Assembly (NCBI GenBank): GCA_965216875.1
Contig: OZ244207.1
Coordinates: 8,000,001-8,064,000, forward strand
Reading direction: 5' to 3'
DNA: 64,000 nt
Origin: Rubripirellula sp.
Lineage (GTDB): Bacteria; Planctomycetota; Planctomycetia; Pirellulales; Pirellulaceae
This document shows, piece by piece, positions 1-8,000 of the stretch; within the stretch, counting starts at the first letter, position 1; the number at the start of each line of letters is the position of its first letter. Made by a program: the position numbers and the translations under genes. The notes beneath the pieces were generated by a model. That model ran no database searches. It had not been told where the DNA came from and was given only the letters and a program-made list of their open reading frames with translations.

Positions 1-77
1 CTAGGCTTGATACCAGTGGAGAGGGGGCGCGGCCAAAAAAACGCCCGCTCAGCAGGCAATTCAGGGTGAAACGGATC

Positions 78-1262
78 TCATGTCGTGTATTCGGAATTAA
101 ACCGAACATATTCGACAGTCAGGTCGCTGGACCAGAACGATGCCGTGCCAGCGTCGTCGCCAACGATCAACTCGACTTTGACCTTTGCAGAAGCCTTCAT
201 GGTTTTGCTTAATGCGGCCGCGTCGAATTCGAGAGGTGTCCCGTTTTCGTAGATGGGCACGTCACAAATCTTGAGCGAAGTTCGTTGGGGATTGATCTTT
301 GCCGCCGCGTATCCAGCTGCTGAAACGATCCGCCCCCAATTCGGATCGCCGCCGGTAATGGCCGTTTTGACAAGCGGACTCGCGGCTACGGTACGTGCAA
401 TCAGTTCCGCCGCATCGTCGTCTTGAGCCCCCACGACATCGATTGACATGTAGTGCGAGGCGCCTTCTCCGTCAGCAACAAGTTCTTTGGCTAGCTCGAT
501 GGAAAGCTCATCAAGTGATTCGCCGAAACGATCGAGGTCTTCCCCAGCGAGCGGTTCGCCTTTTCCGCTGCACAACAGAAGTAGCGTGTCATTGGTACTT
601 GTGTGCCCGTCCACGCTGCAGCGATTGAATGACACATTGGTTGCGTTGACCAAGAGTCTTTGGGCATCCTCGGCGGTCAGGCAAGCGTCGGTGCAAACGA
701 CGGCCAACATGGTTGCCATATTCGGTGCGATCATGCCTGCACCTTTTGCCATTGCTGCGAGTCGAATCGTTTCGGCACCATGGGGGATGCTTCGAAACGC
801 AATCTTTCGCGATGCATCGGTGGTCAAGATCGCATCTGCGGCGTCAAGGAAATTGGATTCGCTGCTGGCTGTTTTCGACGTCGCTTCGTCAATGCCTTTT
901 CGAATTGCGTCCATCGGCAGTAAGGTTCCAATCACACCGGTGCTCATCACCAACACATCTTCGGGAGCACAGCCGATTGCCTCGGCAACGCGTTGGCACA
1001 TCTCTTGAGCATCGCTTTCTCCTTGGGCGCCGGTGCAGGCGTTGGCATTGCCGCTGTTGGTGACGATAGCGCGGATGGAGGTCGATGGCGTGCGCTGCCG
1101 GCAAAGCGTCACGGGCGCAGCGACCACCTGGTTTTGGGTGTAGACCCCTGAAGCGACGACGGGGGCGTCGCAAACGATCAACGAAAGGTCCGGTTTTCCG
1201 CTTGGCTTGATTCCACATGCCAGGCCAGCGAATTGAAAACCGGCGGGCAGCTTGTCGTTCAT
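78..1262 (-). CDS. argJ: Bifunctional glutamate N-acetyltransferase/amino-acid acetyltransferase ArgJ
   Basis: Motifs NSGNANA, STGVIG, KGAGMIAPNMATML (autocleavage Thr), DGEGA, GDPNWGRI, C-terminal DLTxEYVxxNxEYTT. Confidence 0.97.
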   Translation of the reverse strand: MNDKLPAGFQFAGLACGIKPSGKPDLSLIVCDAPVVASGVYTQNQVVAAPVTLCRQRTPSTSIRAIVTNSGNANACTGAQGESDAQEMCQRVAEAIGCAPEDVLVMSTGVIGTLLPMDAIRKGIDEATSKTASSESNFLDAADAILTTDASRKIAFRSIPHGAETIRLAAMAKGAGMIAPNMATMLAVVCTDACLTAEDAQRLLVNATNVSFNRCSVDGHTSTNDTLLLLCSGKGEPLAGEDLDRFGESLDELSIELAKELVADGEGASHYMSIDVVGAQDDDAAELIARTVAASPLVKTAITGGDPNWGRIVSAAGYAAAKINPQRTSLKICDVPIYENGTPLEFDAAALSKTMKASAKVKVELIVGDDAGTASFWSSDLTVEYVRFNSEYTT

Positions 1263-1534
1263 CTAAGTTGACCTTGAGGCGATGATTTGTTCGTGCATGG
1301 TTGTGCTCGCGGCCGTTTCGCGGTTCTTTCCACGAGGGAAAAACTCGGTGCAGTGAGCAAAGCAGTCGAGTGGGCGAAAAAGAGGCCCGATTGGCGAGCG
1401 ACGATAATGTTGTAGGTTTGACCGGCGTGAACAATCCCCATTCGTGGTGCGAACCAGTAGACAGGTCGCGATTTTTGTCGCGAGAACCTGCCTCCGTTAC
1501 GGGCTTCGAGACGATCGACAAGAGTCATGGCGCC

Positions 1535-2503
1535 GTGAGCAATGTCGCTGAAGAACAACGAGACGAGGCCGCAGCCCAGCTAGCTGGCGAGCCGTCCGAT
1601 GCTGGCGTGGTCGTCCAAACCGCGGGTCTGAGCAAACGCTACGGCGATGTCGACGCATTAAGTGATTGTTCGGTTCAGGTCTTTTCTGGCGAAGTTTTTG
1701 GACTGCTAGGACCCAACGGGGCGGGCAAGACGACGCTGATCCGATTGTTGCTCGGTTTTCTGCAACCGACCGCGGGAAGGTCTCTGATCGGCGGTGTCTC
1801 GCCCCAAGAGGACGGAATCGCGGTGCGGCGACAAGTCGCATACCTGCCAGGCGATGCTCGCTTGCCTCGCCACATGCGCGGCAGAGGCGTGCTGCAGTTC
1901 TTCGCCGACATGCATCCCCAAGGTTCGCTCGAGCGCAGTTTGGCGGTCGCTGATCGGCTTGAGTTGGATTTGCGGCGGCGCGTCGCATTCATGTCGACCG
2001 GAATGCGACAGAAACTTGCACTCGCCGTGGTCCTCGGAGTCGATACGCCGCTGCTGATTTTGGACGAGCCGACCGCGAATCTTGATCCGACCATTCGCGG
2101 CGCCGTGCTCGACTTTGTCCTCGAAGCAAAGCAGGCCGGTCGCACGGTCATCTTTTCGTCGCATGTACTTAGCGAGATCGAAGAGACGTGTGATCGCGTT
2201 GCTTTTTTGCGGGGCGGGCGTTTGGCACATCAGCTCTCGATGAGCGACCTCTTTCAAAGACATCGCATCACCGCTTCGTTGTCATCGCAACCGATCGAAG
2301 TGCCCGAACGATTATGCAACTGTGCAAGTGTGTCTGAAGTGGGGATCGGGAATGCGAAGCACTTGCGGATTGATACGGCGGGCGATCTTGCACCACTGTT
2401 GTCGTGGCTTGATTCTCTGTCACTCGAAAAAGTCCGCATCGAACCGCTTGGCCTGAGAGCCGTCTATGACGCGGTGCATCAAGGAGCCGATATCGATGTT
2501 TGA
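1535..2503 (+). CDS. ABC-2 type exporter ATP-binding subunit
   Basis: Walker A GPNGAGKTT, signature STGMRQ, Walker B LILDEP, SSH switch. Start taken at in-frame GTG 1535; the ORF is open from 1301. Confidence 0.92.
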   Translation: MSNVAEEQRDEAAAQLAGEPSDAGVVVQTAGLSKRYGDVDALSDCSVQVFSGEVFGLLGPNGAGKTTLIRLLLGFLQPTAGRSLIGGVSPQEDGIAVRRQVAYLPGDARLPRHMRGRGVLQFFADMHPQGSLERSLAVADRLELDLRRRVAFMSTGMRQKLALAVVLGVDTPLLILDEPTANLDPTIRGAVLDFVLEAKQAGRTVIFSSHVLSEIEETCDRVAFLRGGRLAHQLSMSDLFQRHRITASLSSQPIEVPERLCNCASVSEVGIGNAKHLRIDTAGDLAPLLSWLDSLSLEKVRIEPLGLRAVYDAVHQGADIDV

Positions 2504-2532
2504 CCTGCGAACCGCTTGCAAGAGGTGTCGCC

Positions 2533-3498
2533 GTGATTGACCGCGTGCTTGTCAAAAAATACATCGGTCAATCGATGTTGTTGTTCTTTGCATGCGCCGC
2601 GACGCTTTTTGCATTTGCATGGGTACGTGTGTGGGTCGTGAGCTTGTTGGACATGGGGCAATTCAAAACGATTCTGGATCAGTTCCGCGAGTACGAACGG
2701 TTTGCCCCGATCGATTTTGATTCGATGTTTACCTATCCAGGTCGTGTGGGCATGACCTTCGATGAACCGATCGTGATCCTTTGCACCGTGATTTGGTGCT
2801 TTGCTCGCGGCAGCGACGTCGTCAGTGGCGAACTGGGACGTGGCACGCTCGAGATGTTGCTTGCTCAACCGATCAAGCGACGCACGCTGTTGGTATCGCA
2901 TGCAACGGTGTCGATCGTTGGTTTGGCGTTGCTTTGCCTGGCCGTTTGGGCGGGGATCGGCGTGGGCGTTCAAGCGACGACCGTCGAAGAGACGGTGCCG
3001 CCGCCGTCGGTACCGATTCCGTTTTTGAATTTGAACGTTCCCCTCAGCAATGCGCCACCAGAGATCGAGGTCTCGCCCTTGTCGGACCACGTCGACACCC
3101 AGACTTATGCGGCGTCGACGTTCCACCTTTTCTGCTTCGGATTCTTCCTGCTCGGGTTGTCGACAATGTTCAGCTGCTTTGACCGTTATCGTTGGCGGAC
3201 GATCGGTTGCGTGGTGGGTGTCTACATCCTGCAGTTGGTGATGTTTGGACTGGGAAAGGCTGCCGAGTCGCTCGATTGGCTACTCTCGCTGACGTTCTTT
3301 ACCTGCTACAAGCCACAAAAGATGACGTCGCTGGTCTCGGACGACGGCCTCGCGGCGCCCTGGGATTTGACGGCCGTGATGGATGGTGGCAGCTTACCCC
3401 CAATGGTCTACCCGCTGATCCTGGTCGCTCTGGGGGCGATCTGCTACGCCGTCGCCGATTGGAGATTCAGCCGCCGTGATCTGCCCGCTCCACTGTAG
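2533..3498 (+). CDS. ABC-2 transporter permease
   Basis: Several hydrophobic segments, GELGRGTLEMLLAQP motif, C-terminal FSRRDL, follows the ATPase. GTG start after AGAGGT. Confidence 0.9.
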   Translation: MIDRVLVKKYIGQSMLLFFACAATLFAFAWVRVWVVSLLDMGQFKTILDQFREYERFAPIDFDSMFTYPGRVGMTFDEPIVILCTVIWCFARGSDVVSGELGRGTLEMLLAQPIKRRTLLVSHATVSIVGLALLCLAVWAGIGVGVQATTVEETVPPPSVPIPFLNLNVPLSNAPPEIEVSPLSDHVDTQTYAASTFHLFCFGFFLLGLSTMFSCFDRYRWRTIGCVVGVYILQLVMFGLGKAAESLDWLLSLTFFTCYKPQKMTSLVSDDGLAAPWDLTAVMDGGSLPPMVYPLILVALGAICYAVADWRFSRRDLPAPL

Positions 3499-3588
3499 GC
3501 CTGATCAAGGATGTAGGCTGGATCATGGATGAAGGTTGGATCATGGATGTAGGTTGGATCAAGGAGCGACAGCGACGCAGATCCGGCA
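3494..3588 (+). repeat. GTAG-type REP with four tandem 18-bp copies of its 5' part
   Basis: TGTAGGYYGGATCAWGGA-like units at 3494, 3512, 3530 and 3548, then GCGACAGCGACGCAGATCCGGCA. A full copy lies on the minus strand at 20115-20155. Confidence 0.85.
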
Positions 3589-3859
3589 TGATCCCCGCGT
3601 TGCCATCTCGCCATCGGGTGGTCGTTTTTTCCGCCCTCTAAGCCCGAAAAGCCCAAGGATCCCGGGCGAAAGCCCGCGGCGACGAGCTTGCCCCCGAACC
3701 CCATCACCGAGCCATTCGTCCTTTTTCGAGGGTGAGGGCAGGCAAAAAGACCGGCAAAAGGGCCAGTGTGCCTTGCTGACCCAGGGGGCAAACGCTACAT
3801 TCGTGCCTCCAAAATCAACCAAAAATCCATTTCCAATAGTCCAATCCTGAGCAGATCTG

Positions 3860-4105
3860 ATGGCACATAAGAAAGGTCAGGGCTCCAGCCGCAACGGTCG
3901 CGATTCGAACGCCCAACGCCGCGGAGTCAAGAAATTTGGCGGCGAAAGCGTACGAGCTGGCAACATCTTGGTCCGCCAGGTAGGCACCAAGTTCCACCCT
4001 GGAAAAGGCGTCGGAGTCGGCAACGATTACACGTTGTTCGCTTTGGTCGATGGCCAAGTCATGTTCGACCAAAAAGGTCGTCGCGTGAACGTTGTTGCTT
4101 GCTAA
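3860..4105 (+). CDS. rpmA: 50S ribosomal protein L27
   Basis: [16 protein letters not shown]...GNILVRQ...[10 protein letters not shown]. Confidence 0.98.
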   Translation: MAHKKGQGSSRNGRDSNAQRRGVKKFGGESVRAGNILVRQVGTKFHPGKGVGVGNDYTLFALVDGQVMFDQKGRRVNVVAC

Positions 4106-4130
4106 GCAGCCGCTCGCAGAAAAATCAAAC

Positions 4131-4165
4131 CAAAAACGCTCCGACTCAAATCGGGGCGTTTTTTG
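4131..4165 (+). terminator. Rho-independent terminator after rpmA (possibly bidirectional)
   Basis: AAAAACGCTCCGA-CTCAAA-TCGGGGCGTTTTTT hairpin with A and T tracts. Confidence 0.75.
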
Positions 4166-4189
4166 TTGCGCCCCGCCCTACTACCTGAC

Positions 4190-4268
4190 CGTAGCTACCT
4201 TCGCCAGAGGTGGGATGCGCGACGAGACCGGTCTCCACTGTCTCCACGCTCTGGCGAGCGTAGCTACG
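4190..4268. repeat. Inverted REP pair (REPIN-like), GTAGCTAC family
   Basis: CGTAGCTACCTTCGCCAGAGGTGG...CCACGCTCTGGCGAGCGTAGCTACG; the same REP recurs near 41250 and 41353. Confidence 0.8.
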
Positions 4269-4302
4269 GAAGATTCAAGGCCCGGCGCTAGGCGCGTTCG
4301 GC

Positions 4303-4965
4303 TCACTGGGGCAGAGCGTCGCGTACTTGCGTGAGGGCAAATCCGAGTAAGTTCTGCCCACGCCACAAGTTTGGGTCGAGCGATTTTGGATTGTTCACAC
4401 CTAAACCGATTCCCCAGATCGTGTCCCTGCCGGCTGCTTCAACCAGGATCACGTCGGACGGCTGGTCGGGGCGAACGACTGAAAACGGAGCCGGTTCTTC
4501 TGCCACTGCACGGACGGGGCTCTCGCCGGTCGCAATCTCTTGTTGCGCCGGATGCGCTTTCCATGCGGTCGATCTCAAGAACTCTGCCATGTCCTCGTTC
4601 TGGCTGAACTTCTCGCTGTTTCCACGATAGACAATGTCGAATTTGTGTTGGTCCCAGACGGCAGGATCGAAGTGAATGACCTTGCGACCCAGAGCCTTGG
4701 CTTCGCGTGGCGTTTCACACGCCAGGATTCTTTCGAGTGACGCGGCATCGTCAAACAGTCGCGCCTTTTCGGCCATCATCCAATGCTCGGCCGTTGGATA
4801 GTTGTCGCCATCAATTTGGAAGTCACGCACAAACCACTGGCTAAGACACGAAGCATCGACGCCTACTTCCGGTGGCTTGTGTCCGTAGAAGAGAAAGAAC
4901 CGAAATCGTTCGCCGCCCGACCAACGTTCAACCAAGTCCGATCGTCTCGTGGGTAGGTGCGTCAT
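4303..4965 (-). CDS. NADAR (YbiA-like) family protein
   Basis: CLSQWF, YPTAEHWMMAEKARLF, KALGRKV, KFSQN, LVEA..D.IWGIG, WRGQNLLGFAL. Confidence 0.92.
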   Translation of the reverse strand: MTHLPTRRSDLVERWSGGERFRFFLFYGHKPPEVGVDASCLSQWFVRDFQIDGDNYPTAEHWMMAEKARLFDDAASLERILACETPREAKALGRKVIHFDPAVWDQHKFDIVYRGNSEKFSQNEDMAEFLRSTAWKAHPAQQEIATGESPVRAVAEEPAPFSVVRPDQPSDVILVEAAGRDTIWGIGLGVNNPKSLDPNLWRGQNLLGFALTQVRDALPQ

Positions 4966-5068
4966 TTCGAATCTTTCGTTTTCGCGGAATCAACGTTCTT
5001 CGTTTGCCGCTGTAGGACGATTCACCACTCATTCGAGTTCGCAGGGACTGTGAAAGATTTGAGTTTTT

Positions 5069-8000
5069 TTAGCTGCCGAAGTTGGTGCGGAAGGCAGCGA
5101 AGTCGAACAAGTTCACGGCAGCGACGCCTTCTGCATTGAAGTGTTCGAGGTAGCCATCCATCCCCGCCTCTTTTCCATAGGTCGATCGGAACGAGGCAAA
5201 GTCAAACAGGTCAACGGTGCCGTTGCCATTGCCATCGCCGTAACGACGGAAAAAATCGTCGTTGGCGTGTGTTCCAAACTCCAGGTCGGATTCCATTGCT
5301 ACCGAGTGATCAACGGTTGTGATTTGTGACGCAACGATATCCAAGATGTAATCACCATCGGCCAGCGTGTGTCCGTCGTTTGTCCGCGTCACAACGCCAG
5401 TTCCCGGTAGGAAAGTCATCACCGAGACCGTGTTTCCATCGACCAACGACGAACTGACCGCGAGGTGTTCGACGAGCTGTCCGTTGTCGGCGCGTCGGAT
5501 CGCGAAGGCGCCCGGACCAACATCGACTTGAGAGTCAAAAGCAACCGCAACCTGAGTCAAACTTGACCGTTGGTCGTTGCCGTCGTTGATCACGATCTGG
5601 GCAACATTGGGGCGTGGGCCGAGAATTTGAACACGATAGTCCTCGACTTCACCGTCCCAGGCCAAGCCGTGTGAGCCGAGCCCGCCAGCGGTACTGACAC
5701 GCACACGTGCGTACGTTTCTCCCACAACCGCTCCGCTTGGTACCGCGAAGTTGAGTGTTTGGAGACCGGCCACCAGTGGCGCGGAATCCAAAATTCGCTC
5801 ATTCGCTGAGAACTGGCCATCCGCGTTGAAGTCGATCCAAGCGTCGACTTTGGCGGCGCCGGCGCCTTGCAAATCGACGTTCACGCCAGCCAAGGCATTG
5901 CCAGCGTGGATTTCGCCAAACATCACGCCGTCGTCGTCACTTCCGTCTCCGTCGGCCAACAAGGTGGGTTGACCATCGACCTCTGCGTCGCGACTTGCGC
6001 CCAACTGCGGGCCAGATGCAACGTGACGCGCACCGTTGGTCTGGTGGAGTGTCCGTAGCGAGTCGGGCGCATCGCCGTAGTCGAGCGATAGCGGCCCATC
6101 ATCGTCAACGATCGTGATCTCAAAATCTTGGTCGCCAATGGTGATGGTGGTTGTTCGCGGTCCGTCCACCTCATCGTTGTCGATCGCTTGAAACGTGATC
6201 GATCGTTCAATGTTCCAGTTGGAATGGTCAAACGTCAGTGAATTCGGAAAGACGTTAATCAGGGTTGGATCGTCAACGGCAACCTCAACGACAAATGCTT
6301 CGGACAAATCAAGGTTGTCGATCGCCAAATCGGTGATGCGGACATCAAACCGACCGAGGTCGTCCGATTCCAGGACGGTCAATTGATTTGGAACGGCATT
6401 CGAGCGCGCATTGTGTGGGTTTCGGTCGTTGTGCAGGATCAACTGTTTCAGCCGCTCAGGGTCTCGCCCGGCGCGTTCCCAAATCACAGCACCGTCAGCC
6501 CGCAAGGTATGGAAGCCTTCTCCGACGTTGCCAAGTGGTCCGTAGGGATCATGGCGATCAAAGAGAATGTCGTCCGGTTTCGTCCACAGGACGGCGGCGT
6601 CATCGCCTGATTCGGCAACCAGAATCGTGTTGGCAAGACCATCAAGGAAGTCACGGAACCTTGGTCCCAAGCCAGTTGATGAAAAGGGCGCTCCATTGCG
6701 AAAAAGAAACTCGGGTGTGCCACCATCAACGAACGTCTGCAGCCGCGTCGTCACACTGTCCCAAGAATCGCCAACGCTGCGGTAGACATCTGGCATCAGC
6801 GGAAGCAGCGACAAGTTGTGTGGGCTGTCCCAAGGTTCGTCGAGATGAAATTGCTCCCACAGTGCTTGTTGTTCCAAGAACGGCAAGAGGTAGACACGCC
6901 AGCTCAGCAGCGGGCGGCCGTCGTCGTCCAACATCGACTCATTGAGGATTGGCAGTCGCTTGTAGGCAGAATGGTAGTTATGAAACGCGAGGCCCACCTT
7001 TTTGAGATCATTGCTTTGGTCTCGCTGGGCGTCTGGTCGATTGAGATCCGAGTGTTTGCGTTTTAGCGTGTTGGTATCAAGCGGTTCGCGACCGCTTTTG
7101 GTCACCAGCGCTGCAAAGGTTTCAGGATTGACATCGGTGGGCAGGTTGATCTGTGAGCCATCGGAAAGCAACACGCGGAATGCATCGCCGAGTAAAGTGC
7201 CGAGTCCACCGAGTGGGTCGCTTGGGTCAAATTGAATTTCATCGGGTTTGGTCCAAGGAACTGCCGCATCGGGACCGGCTTCGACAGCCATGGCCGTGTT
7301 GGCGAGGCCATCGAGAATGTCGCGAAAACGTGGGATGCGGTCACTGCCGTCGGCGTTGTAGCCGTAGAGGGCGCCGTTGCCCCAAAACGTTCGAAACCGC
7401 GTCGTGTTGCTGTCGGCCGGGTCCCCTTCGCTTCGAAACACGTCGGGCATTTCATCCAACAGCGACAAATTGTGTGGGCTGTCCCAAGGTTCGTCGTAGT
7501 GGAACCGTTCCCACAGATTTGAGTAACCGAGGAACGGTAGCAAGTAGACCCGCCAGCTCAGTTGGTAGTTGCCGTTTTCGTCGCGACCAACCACGCCTTC
7601 GTTAGGGGGCAATTGTTTGTAGGCCGAGTGGTAATTGTGGAAGCCAAGCCCGATGCGTTTGAGGTTGATCGTTTGCCGTTCACCTCCGGCGTCCCAATCG
7701 CCGTACACGGGCTCCCAATCACCATCGTCGATCGTTTGGCGGAACAGCGTATGGGCATCGACGTAAGGCTCGTCCAGATATTCACTTCGCGTCGCCAGGC
7801 TTTTGAAAACGTCGGCCTGGATGTCAGCTGGCAAGACGGCGGTTTGGCCGTCGAACATCGAGACCAGGATTCCATCCGCTGAAACCTCACCCAGTGTGTT
7901 GAGCGGGTTTTCCGTGTCGAACATCTGATCTTGAGGAGCCGTCCATGGAACGGCGCGATCAGCGCCGGTTTGGATCATCATGATCGTCTGCGACAAACCG

